48,124 nt of DNA, from IMG/VR virus record IMGVR_UViG_3300014160_000003, positions 1 to 48,124 of that record. The stretch is one strand, 5' to 3'. The notes beneath the pieces were generated by a model. That model was not told the DNA's origin and ran no database searches. It was given only the letters and a program-made list of their open reading frames with translations. The first letter of the stretch is position 1. The number at the start of each line of letters is the position of its first letter. The stretch comes from a virus. Lineage: Duplodnaviria > Caudoviricetes. The translations under genes and the position numbers were made by a program. This document shows positions 10,173 through 18,561 of the stretch, piece by piece.

Positions 10173-10925
10173 CTACGATCGTGAGATTTGGAACCACTCG
10201 AACAGATTGTCGGAGGCGTCGGCAAACACCTCAAACTCCAGATCGGAGATGGTGTAGCCGTCGCGCTTGGCCGGCGCGCTCATTTTGCTCGCCCGGCAGG
10301 CGAACAGGTGGAGTCCGTTGGTCCCTTGGTAGGGCTGCATGAGCCACATCTCGAAGGTGGGGCCGTAACCCTGCAGGCGGTTGGTGACGGTCATCGTCGA
10401 GCCGTTGTTGCCGTCCGAGATGACGTAGGACAGTTGGACCGCCTTGTTGTTGTCGCTCGAATCGAATGTGTACTCGCCCTTGTTGTTTCCGGATTCGACG
10501 ACAGAATAGAGGCCCGGTCCCTCGTTGCCCGCACTCACCTGCTGGAGGTATCCGCTTCCGTCCGCGTACGCCACACCCAGATCGCGGTAATAGCTGGCGT
10601 TTCCGGAGGCGGTGGCTTTGTTCCCCGAAATCGTCTGCGGCTCGTTTGGCACCATGATCTTGATGCCCGCCGTGATAGTCTCCGCGAAGAACAGGGAATT
10701 GTAGATGTTGATGTCGATGCGGCCGAATCCTGCTTTACCCTTGATCGTCAGATCGCCCGGCGCGACGTCGTCTGGAGCTTTCTTTTGCCCGCGCAACTCG
10801 AGCAGCTTCTGCTCGAAGTCGATACCCACGTCCTGGATGCTCCCGAATTGCTGCGGGAAACTGGGGCTGGCGGCGTTGCCGCCGGTTGGCCGGCCCCACA
10901 TGGTCCCAACACCGAAATTGAACAT
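10173..10925 (-). CDS. Tail tube (major tail) protein
   Basis: 250 aa, MFNFGVG...FGSIQDVGIDF...KGKA; strong AGGAGG RBS; position. Confidence 0.75.
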   Translation of the reverse strand: MFNFGVGTMWGRPTGGNAASPSFPQQFGSIQDVGIDFEQKLLELRGQKKAPDDVAPGDLTIKGKAGFGRIDINIYNSLFFAETITAGIKIMVPNEPQTISGNKATASGNASYYRDLGVAYADGSGYLQQVSAGNEGPGLYSVVESGNNKGEYTFDSSDNNKAVQLSYVISDGNNGSTMTVTNRLQGYGPTFEMWLMQPYQGTNGLHLFACRASKMSAPAKRDGYTISDLEFEVFADASDNLFEWFQISRS

Positions 10926-10994
10926 AGAAATAGCCTCCTTTTGGCTGTTGAAGATCCCCGCACTTTGGGGCGATCTGTTGTGAAATTCGAAGGT

Positions 10995-11672
10995 CTATGC
11001 GATCTTCCACGCCTTGAGCGCAGCGCGCATTTCGATAAGCTTTTGCTCGCGGGAGACGGTGTACACGTGCCACAGGTACCCGTGCGTGCGGCCCAGCCCG
11101 GCGAGAATCTCCTGGACGGTCGTGAACTTCAGCCCGTAGCGGGCGATGTTGCGCGAGAGAACATAGTCGTCGATCAGATGGCCGGCGGTCACAACCTGCG
11201 AATTTTTCTCGTGCACCGCCGGGAAGATGTTGGCGACGGCCTGGTCGTAGGTGAGGTCCTCCAGCGGATGCCATAAGTCGAGGCACCAGTTGCTTGCCGC
11301 CGTGAACCAGTTGCAGGCGCCGATGTGCCGGCCGTCCCGCAAAAAAAACTCGTCGTACCGCCAGCGGTTGTCTGCCATGTCTTTGCCGTTGTGCGCGACC
11401 GTGTCCTTCCGCAGGTGGTTCGTGATGTCGCAGAAATCCGGGTGCACCAGGCAGTCCGCGTCGACGTAGACGTTCCAGTCGTACTCGCGCCCGAGCTCGT
11501 GCAGTTGGAGTTTCTCGTAGACCGGGGGCAAGTCCGGCCACCGCCGCTCGGTGATCTCGCGGAACTCCGCGCCGATCTTGGATGCGTACGCCCGCAGCAG
11601 CGGAAACGTAAGCTCTGTCAGTTCCGGCGCATAGCCGTCAACGTTCAGTGTCCAGATACATTTTTTGTCCAT
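10995..11672 (-). CDS. Putative GT-A glycosyltransferase (nucleotide-diphospho-sugar transferase-like)
   Basis: YASKIGAEF...YEKL...YDWNVYVDAD pattern with DxD motif. Confidence 0.65.
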   Translation of the reverse strand: MDKKCIWTLNVDGYAPELTELTFPLLRAYASKIGAEFREITERRWPDLPPVYEKLQLHELGREYDWNVYVDADCLVHPDFCDITNHLRKDTVAHNGKDMADNRWRYDEFFLRDGRHIGACNWFTAASNWCLDLWHPLEDLTYDQAVANIFPAVHEKNSQVVTAGHLIDDYVLSRNIARYGLKFTTVQEILAGLGRTHGYLWHVYTVSREQKLIEMRAALKAWKIA

Positions 11673-11689
11673 AGTTCAAGCCGAGGGCG

Positions 11690-11773
11690 TCAATGCTTGT
11701 GCTTGAGCGCGAGGCACAGCCCGAAGACGAGCGAAAAGAGAACGCCGAAATAGATGCAGGCAAACTCACACAC
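11690..11773 (-). CDS. Possible 27-aa membrane peptide
   Basis: GTG start overlapping upstream gene end; MCEFACIYFGVLFSLVFGLCLALKHKH fills the intergenic gap. Confidence 0.3.
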   Translation of the reverse strand: MCEFACIYFGVLFSLVFGLCLALKHKH

Positions 11774-12230
11774 CGAGGGTCACCCGGATGGGAACGTTGA
11801 TCACCGCCTGGACGTCGAGGAGGCCGGGATCGCACAGGATTTGCCCGTCGATGCAGGCGTTGAGCATCGGGTTCAGTTGTAGCGTCTGGCGCGCGCCGAC
11901 TTGCTTTGTGCTGCCGTCCGGAAATTTGGTCTGCATCACCGTGTCGAAGCCGTCCTCGATATCGTCAAGAGCGTCGTTAAAGCACGAGAGCGATCCGAAG
12001 GCGTCGCGGCGCAGGTACGCCAGCGCAACGTAATTGCGCTGCCAGTGCGTGAGGCCGAGCGCCTGGTTCTGGTCGGCCGAATCGCGCGGGCAGACCAGGA
12101 AAAGCGCGGGCTGATCCGCTGGGTCCACCTCGCTCCAGATCAGAACGCCTTTGTCCGACCGCTTCCACGCATAGACCTGCCGCAGCAGCGTGAGCAGCGC
12201 GTTCGTGATTGACTTACGCGGAATGTTCAT
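11766..12230 (-). CDS. Tail terminator-like protein
   Basis: 154 aa, WSEVDPADQPALF and DPGLLD.QAVINVPI motifs; position before tail tube. Confidence 0.6.
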   Translation of the reverse strand: MNIPRKSITNALLTLLRQVYAWKRSDKGVLIWSEVDPADQPALFLVCPRDSADQNQALGLTHWQRNYVALAYLRRDAFGSLSCFNDALDDIEDGFDTVMQTKFPDGSTKQVGARQTLQLNPMLNACIDGQILCDPGLLDVQAVINVPIRVTLGV

Positions 12231-12753
12231 CGACCGTCCGATCCATGGTGTCCTGCAGCGCCTCGATGAATTCCGGCTCGTTCTCGCGCTGGGTAGAGGC
12301 CATGAAGCTTCGCTGCGGAAATGTGATCGTGTGTGCACGCACGGGCCGTTCCTCGACGCCGAAGACTTCCTTCCGGATGGCGCCGCGCCCTGTCAGGAGT
12401 TTCACTGTCTCGCCTTTTACGTTGAAGCCCACGCGCCGCATGTGCTCGGGGACGTCGTAAACGCCCCCGTCCTCGTGCACGCGCCCGTACCAGGCCGGGC
12501 CGCCGGCGCCCTCCACCGATCCCGTGATCTGGTCGCCCGCGATGATGGCAGCAACCGTCCGGATGCTGCCGGAGAGCTTGCCGGTCCGATGGTGGAGAAC
12601 CTCGCCTTGCAGCTTCTCGGCCACGATCTTGGACTGCAGCATCGTGTCGAGCGCGTCGAGGCGGTAGACCAGCGCGCCCATCATCCGCGGCGTCGTGGCT
12701 TCCAGTTGCTCCGCGACGCGGGTGTCGGAACCATTAAACGAGAGCCGGATCAT
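12214..12753 (-). CDS. Neck / tail completion protein
   Basis: RTGKLSGSI, YGRVHEDGG and PQRSFM motifs of morphogenesis proteins; start set at MIRLSF. Confidence 0.7.
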   Translation of the reverse strand: MIRLSFNGSDTRVAEQLEATTPRMMGALVYRLDALDTMLQSKIVAEKLQGEVLHHRTGKLSGSIRTVAAIIAGDQITGSVEGAGGPAWYGRVHEDGGVYDVPEHMRRVGFNVKGETVKLLTGRGAIRKEVFGVEERPVRAHTITFPQRSFMASTQRENEPEFIEALQDTMDRTVDEHSA

Positions 12754-13466
12754 CAGCAGACCGCCACGCGCGTGTACATCTGGATCAAGTGTTCGACGTC
12801 CTTCGGAATTACCAGGCCGTCGTAGGTCACCGTGCCGGCGCCTTGTGCCATGGCCTGCGACCGCTGGCCGATCCACTGCTTTTGCTTGTAGCTCAGCGCG
12901 ACCATTTTGGTGGTTCCAAGCGCGATATCCGCCGGCGTCTGCACGTAGCCGCCGGTATACGCCACGTTCACGTTTTGGAGGCCGCGCCAGAATCTGTAAA
13001 AACCCCGCAGCACCAACGTTTTCCTGGACTGGTCGATCAGCCAGCCAGGCGCGAAGCCAACAGATGGAGGCACGGTTTTCGGCACTGGGCAGCCAAAGCC
13101 AGGCTCCCCCACCTGAACCAGCGATACCGTCTGGATGGGAGTGTTGCGCAGCCAGATCCGCTGGGCGCCGTTGCCGTCCATCCACTCGTCCCAGGTCACC
13201 GGCTGGACGAGCGGCGACTGCGATCCGGTGGTGATGTTGCCTTCGTGGTCGAAGACCAGGACCGAGTCCAGATCCAGGCGCAGCAACCAATAGAGCGATG
13301 CGGCTGTGATGCAGGCCTGAATATTGCCATCGTCAGACGTGTTGGTGGACGCCGGCGTGCCGTTGGCCGCCAGCCATGCTTTGACTGCAGCGAGCGTGGT
13401 CAGGTCGATCGGGGTTGAGACCGCAGGCAAGCTGGCCCTCGGCTCTGGAGTCTGATCGGAATCCAT
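12753..13466 (-). CDS. Head-tail connector (gp6/gp15-like)
   Basis: DLTTLAAVKAWL, NVNVAYTGGY..TPADI motifs. Confidence 0.75.
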   Translation of the reverse strand: MDSDQTPEPRASLPAVSTPIDLTTLAAVKAWLAANGTPASTNTSDDGNIQACITAASLYWLLRLDLDSVLVFDHEGNITTGSQSPLVQPVTWDEWMDGNGAQRIWLRNTPIQTVSLVQVGEPGFGCPVPKTVPPSVGFAPGWLIDQSRKTLVLRGFYRFWRGLQNVNVAYTGGYVQTPADIALGTTKMVALSYKQKQWIGQRSQAMAQGAGTVTYDGLVIPKDVEHLIQMYTRVAVC

Positions 13467-13524
13467 AGAGTTTTGTTCGTGGGGCCGGACGTCTGCCCGG
13501 CCCCGTCAATTTGCGGGTTGCTGG

Positions 13525-14004
13525 CTACGGCAGCTGCTGATACCAGGCCGTGGTGCCGAACGGCGTCGACACGATGTGCTTCTGGTAGCTCACGCCGCTG
13601 ATCGTGAGGACGTAGCCGTCCGGAGCGCTGTCCCCGGCAGGCACGGCGAAGAATCCCGCGCCCATCGGCGCGCCCAAACGCGGCGTGGGGTCGGGCGCCG
13701 GCGGCGGCTCCGGAGGCGGAGGCGGCGCGCATACCGGAATCGACGTGGTGATCAGATTCGGGCTGCCGACCGTGCCGTCCGGCTGCAGGTTCACCGCCAC
13801 AGACATAGGCGGCTGCGGTTGGGCCGGGCCGGTTTTGCCGAGCGCGATAAATACCGGCGCGTTCAGATTCCAGTTGGCCAGGTCGTTCTGGTACTGCTTC
13901 AACGCTGCGGCGTTTTCATACGCAGCGATGGCCTGGAGCTGTCCAATCCAGGTCTGGTAGACCACATTGGTCAGCGTGCTGACCGGTTGAGCAGGCGAAG
14001 ACAT
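13525..14004 (-). CDS. Hypothetical Pro-rich protein in head module
   Basis: AAGGAG RBS, 159 aa ORF co-oriented with neighbours. Confidence 0.7.
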   Translation of the reverse strand: MSSPAQPVSTLTNVVYQTWIGQLQAIAAYENAAALKQYQNDLANWNLNAPVFIALGKTGPAQPQPPMSVAVNLQPDGTVGSPNLITTSIPVCAPPPPPEPPPAPDPTPRLGAPMGAGFFAVPAGDSAPDGYVLTISGVSYQKHIVSTPFGTTAWYQQLP

Positions 14005-14043
14005 GTCGAGATCTCCTTTTTGGTTGATTTCTCGAAGTTGGAA

Positions 14044-14086
14044 CCCCGCAGCGCGCGGAGAAATCGCAAGAGAACGCGCTGCGGGG
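14044..14086 (-). terminator. Stem-loop after major capsid gene
   Basis: CCCCGCAGCGCG / CGCGCTGCGGGG 12-bp inverted repeat; no clear U-tract. Confidence 0.4.
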
Positions 14087-14118
14087 CGCCGCCCGTGCTT
14101 CTCGGGGCGACCTCGGGG

Positions 14119-15639
14119 TTAGCCGATGTTGCTGATGAGCGCCATGCCGTACGGCACGTAGACCTGGAGGCACTCGTCCCCGTAGATCCCGTTCTCGTAC
14201 TGGCGCGTGCGGATCGGCCAAATTACCTGGAAATAATCGCGCCGCGTCCGCACGCACCGCGCCTGGGCGATGTTCGCGGTCGGGTACGGATTCACTTCCA
14301 GATCGAAGAACAAATGCCCATCGGGCATGTTGGGGTGGATCTCCAGCGGAATCGGCTTGGCCCCGCCGAAGGCGAACCGGTTGACGTACTGCGCCACGGC
14401 GGTGCCGATCACGAGGTTGCCCACGCTATCGACCGCGTTCTGCAGCATGATCAAAAAGCCCGCGTTGCTCGCGCTCGATAGCGCGATCTTCACGATGCTG
14501 TCGACCACACCCGAACCGCCGTACATGCGGGTCGGCGAGATCTTGTAGGTGTCCCACATGTACTTTAGGACCGCGTTGATCTCGACGATGCCGTTGGCGC
14601 CGTCGCCCGTGAGCGGAGCGCCGTCGAGCGACTTGAAATAGCCGTTCGACGCGAGGGCCTGCGGGATGAGGCCGTCGAATGCCAGCGGGTTGAACGAATA
14701 ATCGTTCCCGCTGCCGGTGTAGTTCGCCGCCTGCTCGGTGTCCGCCGGCACTGCGGTCAGCACCGTCGTGTTCAGCGTCGTCACGCCGGCAAAAAATGCG
14801 TTGCCCGCGCCCGCGCTGGCTCCGAGGAACCAGGCATAGCCGGCCGCGCCAGGCACAGCTTCGACCGTGGCCACGATGGAACCCACGGAGTCCGCGCTCG
14901 TGACGGTGATGGCGTTCGAGGCGGCGGAGATCTGAGCAGCTCCGGCCGGAATGGTGTCCGTCGACCAGTCGGCGTTCCGGCGCACGACGGTTGGCACCAC
15001 TTTTCCGGCGGCTGTGGCCTGTACCCATCCCATGTGGCTCAACGCCACGCAGTACAGGTAATAGGTCGCAGCGCTCGCGAGCGAGCCGGTCGTGGTCGGG
15101 CTGCCTTCCGATTCCTGCTGCGTGCCGGCGGGCTTGGGAGTCTGGTGGAACTGGAGGCCGACGCCGCTAGTGCCGGAGTTGCCCCAGAGCAGCATCGGCT
15201 CTTCGGCGAGAATCAGGCTGTCGAGCGAGGTGCGCTGCGCTAGAGCCCGCAGGTCGTCGTAGCCTTCCGACGCATACTCGGCTTCCCAGGTGACGACGTT
15301 TTCGAGGCCGATGCCCTTATATGTGGAGATCTTCGGCGCCGTCGCGGGAGTCAGCGTGCCGCCGCGTTTGCCTTCCGACACCGAGGCAATCACGTTGCCG
15401 GAGTTCGGGTTGGTGACGATGTTCCAGTGGCAGGCGAGACCGCTGCCCTGTTGACCTGGCCGCAGTCCGACGCGTGCCATCCGCTTTCGGATGGGCGCGA
15501 GGACCGGGTACAGAAGCTTGGCTTCCCGTTCGAGGTCGTAATAAGTGAGACCGCTGCCGGTATTCAGACCGGCCGGAGCGTCCTTGCGAAGCGCGGCCAT
15601 GCGCTCGAGCGTTTGCGAGAGAATTTGTTGCATCCCCAT
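14119..15639 (-). CDS. Major capsid protein
   Basis: 506 aa after protease/scaffold; GLTYYDLE..AK.LYPV, IPLEIHPNMPDG, C-terminal ALISNIG; AGGAGG RBS. Confidence 0.85.
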   Translation of the reverse strand: MGMQQILSQTLERMAALRKDAPAGLNTGSGLTYYDLEREAKLLYPVLAPIRKRMARVGLRPGQQGSGLACHWNIVTNPNSGNVIASVSEGKRGGTLTPATAPKISTYKGIGLENVVTWEAEYASEGYDDLRALAQRTSLDSLILAEEPMLLWGNSGTSGVGLQFHQTPKPAGTQQESEGSPTTTGSLASAATYYLYCVALSHMGWVQATAAGKVVPTVVRRNADWSTDTIPAGAAQISAASNAITVTSADSVGSIVATVEAVPGAAGYAWFLGASAGAGNAFFAGVTTLNTTVLTAVPADTEQAANYTGSGNDYSFNPLAFDGLIPQALASNGYFKSLDGAPLTGDGANGIVEINAVLKYMWDTYKISPTRMYGGSGVVDSIVKIALSSASNAGFLIMLQNAVDSVGNLVIGTAVAQYVNRFAFGGAKPIPLEIHPNMPDGHLFFDLEVNPYPTANIAQARCVRTRRDYFQVIWPIRTRQYENGIYGDECLQVYVPYGMALISNIG

Positions 15640-15716
15640 GGTGGATGCCTCCTTGGAAAACAGATTTGCCGGTGGTTACGGTGCGCGGGCGTACACCCGC
15701 GCCCCGTAGCGCGGTC

Positions 15717-17705
15717 TTAGGACTTGCCAGAGTCGGTGGGAAACGGATTCCCGACTTTGGGCTTGAGGGTCTTGGCGGCCTTCTCGAAAGAGGCGCCGGT
15801 GCCGGATTCCATCTTCGCGACGTAGGCCGGGTTCGGCATGCCATCGGGAAGCGTGGGAGCGATGTTGTCGAGCAGGGGAACGGCAGCGGTCGCTCCGGCT
15901 GGCGGAACGATCACCCCTCCGACACCGGTGCCATCGGCGGTCTTCTCGACCGTGATGGCGGTACGAACCGGAGCGGCTTCCGCGGCCTTTTCCACGGTCT
16001 GGGTCGCGCCGCCGGCCAGCGTCTCCAGCATCTTGCAGAGGCCACCGGCCAGCTCGTCGAACTTGGCTTCGACCTGCCTGCGCATCTTCACCAGTTCGCG
16101 GTCGCGTTTGTGCAGGCGGCCGGAGGCGCTCTTTTCGGCCTCGTCCTTTTCGGTCTTCTCTTCCGCCTTTTCGCCCTGTTCTTCCTCCGCGTCCGCGGCG
16201 GCTTCGAGGGACTCTTCCGCGCCCGAGATCTCGTCGTCCATCTTGTCGTGGGTTTCGTCGAGCTTCTTCAGGTGGTCGACCGCCTTGGCGAGGCCCGCCG
16301 CGGCGAGCTTTTCGGCGTCCTTCTCGGACAGGCCGTCGATGCAGTCGCCCATCGTGTCGTGCAGCTCGCGGATCTTGTCCACGTGCTTCGCAGCCTTGGC
16401 GACGTGGTCCACGGCCTTTTTGTAGAGCACCGCGACCTTTTGCAGGTCTTCCCTGGAAGTGGCTGCCTCCAGCCTCTTCTGTAGCGTTTTGATGATTGTG
16501 GCCATTGGGCCACCTCCTTTCGGTGTGTTGTTAAGCAAACGCTCGGCGGTCGCCGCTTTGAGCAGTGGCCCAGCGGAGGCAGCCTTCGCAGCTTGCTTTT
16601 TTCCGTCTTCCTCTGCCACGAGTTCGTTTACTTCCTCGGTGGCCAGGTCGATGAAAATCTGTTTGAGTGAGAGGAGCACGTCCCCCAGTTCGCCGGGAAT
16701 GGGCGAGTCGTCGCCTTCCCAATCGGCTTCGCGCTCGAGCGACTCCTCCATGTAGGAGAGCGAGCACATCAGGTTCGCAAGCGACCCGACGTCGTACATG
16801 GACTTCTGCAGCGTCTTCCGCTTGGCCAGCGCGCGGGCGAACGTGGCCTTGACGTACTCCTCGACAAAGTTCGAAGCGTCGATCCCCGCCTTCTTCGCGG
16901 CGGCAGCCAGGCGCCGGGCAACCTTGGGCTTGTCCTTCATGCCCTCGACCTGGTTGAAGCGCGCCAGCGCGTTCTTAATGTGGCTTTTGCTCTTTTCGGC
17001 GGTCGAGAATTTGACCGGCAGGTTCCAGGTCTTCGTGTCGTCGGGATCGCCCACGCTCAGGAAGGCAGACGCCGGCAGGTCCTCGCCGTCCACCTTCTTC
17101 GTCTTCGCGGCCTTCGCCACCAACTCCTGTGCCCGCTGCAGATTCGCCTTGGCGAGTTCGCCGAGTTCGGCAATCTTCGCCAGCACCGTTTCGGGCGCGC
17201 TGCGATCGACAAACTTCCGCAGTTCGCGCGAGCCGTCCATTTTGATCGCCTCGAATGTGGCGCCTGGGATGCAGGGGTTGTCGACCAGCGACAACTCGGT
17301 TGGCGCGGCCGTGTAGCGCGTGGCGCCGGTGATATCGGGATCGTCCCACCGCTTCGCGTAGTCGCCGCCGATCGAAAAGCCGGTGTACACGCCCTCGTCG
17401 ACCTTCTTCCACTCGTTGTCGTCAACGATCTTCGTGCCGACCTCAAACTGCTTTTCCGCATCGTTCGGGTGGAATGCGATGAGTTTTCCGGCGGCGATCT
17501 TGGTGTGCATCGCGCGCAGGTTGCCGAGGCTTTTGCCCATCGATCGCAGTGCCTGATCGTGGGACCATTTTTCGAACAGCGGCTTGCTGCTGGTGTAGTC
17601 GAGGATCTCCTTCGACTTGTCGAGCTGCTCGACGGCCGCGACGCCCCAGACCTCGCGCTTCGTTGCGTCGACCTTGGTGATGGGGATGAACAGTTTCATG
17701 GACAT
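15717..17705 (-). CDS. Prohead protease (XkdF-like) fused to scaffold region
   Basis: ITKVD..KREVWG, LRAMH, YTGFSIGG, ELSLVDNP motifs then long acidic coiled coil; start set at MSMKLF. Confidence 0.8.
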   Translation of the reverse strand: MSMKLFIPITKVDATKREVWGVAAVEQLDKSKEILDYTSSKPLFEKWSHDQALRSMGKSLGNLRAMHTKIAAGKLIAFHPNDAEKQFEVGTKIVDDNEWKKVDEGVYTGFSIGGDYAKRWDDPDITGATRYTAAPTELSLVDNPCIPGATFEAIKMDGSRELRKFVDRSAPETVLAKIAELGELAKANLQRAQELVAKAAKTKKVDGEDLPASAFLSVGDPDDTKTWNLPVKFSTAEKSKSHIKNALARFNQVEGMKDKPKVARRLAAAAKKAGIDASNFVEEYVKATFARALAKRKTLQKSMYDVGSLANLMCSLSYMEESLEREADWEGDDSPIPGELGDVLLSLKQIFIDLATEEVNELVAEEDGKKQAAKAASAGPLLKAATAERLLNNTPKGGGPMATIIKTLQKRLEAATSREDLQKVAVLYKKAVDHVAKAAKHVDKIRELHDTMGDCIDGLSEKDAEKLAAAGLAKAVDHLKKLDETHDKMDDEISGAEESLEAAADAEEEQGEKAEEKTEKDEAEKSASGRLHKRDRELVKMRRQVEAKFDELAGGLCKMLETLAGGATQTVEKAAEAAPVRTAITVEKTADGTGVGGVIVPPAGATAAVPLLDNIAPTLPDGMPNPAYVAKMESGTGASFEKAAKTLKPKVGNPFPTDSGKS

Positions 17706-17848
17706 GGTGGACTCCTGGCTGGAAGATTTCGGAGCGCCGTGCGGGCGCACTTCGGCCCGAGGGCCGGTCAAGTCTTGTTGACCACGGTCGCGGCTACCGT
17801 GAATTACCGTCGATTACCGCGGTTTTCCACGGCGCGCGACCTGGTTGC

Positions 17849-17912
17849 ATCGCCTGGGACGGCGAGTGGATCCGCCCGGCGTCCGTCGCCATTTCTGTCG
17901 ACGTCGGCCGAG
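17849..17912. repeat. Two-unit copy of the palindromic array
   Basis: ATCGCCTGGGACGGCGAG-TGGATCCG...GTCGCCATTTCTGTCGACGTCGGCCGA. Confidence 0.6.
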
Positions 17913-17915
17913 CTG

Positions 17916-18206
17916 CTACGCCTGCGAGCTGCCGCCGGCGGTAGAGATCCCCATGAGCTGGCCCTTGAGCCGGGCGATCTTCGCCTGCTGGTCGCTCGCG
18001 GCCTGCTGCGCGCGCGTGTAGGCGGCCAGCGTCTGCTGCTGCGTCTGCTGGTGCAGCAGCAGCTCCTTGCGCGCCTGGTTATAGCGCGCGATGCTGTCCT
18101 GATGCTCCAGGCGGGATTTCTCTGCCTTCGCTTCGAGCGCCTTCAGCGCCTTGGCTTCTTTGGCGATTTCTCGCGTGATCTGGGTGTGCGTTTCTTGCTT
18201 GGTCAT
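17916..18206 (-). CDS. Hypothetical coiled-coil protein
   Basis: 96 aa helical ORF, AAGGT RBS. Confidence 0.7.
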   Translation of the reverse strand: MTKQETHTQITREIAKEAKALKALEAKAEKSRLEHQDSIARYNQARKELLLHQQTQQQTLAAYTRAQQAASDQQAKIARLKGQLMGISTAGGSSQA

Positions 18207-18219
18207 AAATTTCTTACCT

Positions 18220-18561
18220 TTACGCGGCTACAAAGCTGTGCTGCGCGTGAAACGACGCCGCTTTGTCGTGTCCCTGGCCCGCGCGCTGGTGCTCGTCGGA
18301 ACCGCCTTCGTCGCCAGCCTGCCAGGAGCGCGCGGATTCCTGGTAGTGGAGATTCGCGGCTTTCTCGTGGGCTTCGCCGGCGGCCTGGTGGTCTGCCGGA
18401 TCGCCACTCTCGCGCGCCGTCCGGCTCAACTCATGCGCCCGGTCGCTGGCGCCCTCAGCGTCCGTGAATCTTCCCTGGTCGTCGCGTGGCTGATCGTCCG
18501 AATACTTATAGAGGCTGCCCAACTCGCGGAGCTTTAATAGAACCGCCGGCGTGAACCTCAT
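18220..18561 (-). CDS. Hypothetical head-module protein
   Basis: YSDDQPRDDQGRF motif often seen next to MuF proteins; ATGA overlap with portal. Confidence 0.65.
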   Translation of the reverse strand: MRFTPAVLLKLRELGSLYKYSDDQPRDDQGRFTDAEGASDRAHELSRTARESGDPADHQAAGEAHEKAANLHYQESARSWQAGDEGGSDEHQRAGQGHDKAASFHAQHSFVAA

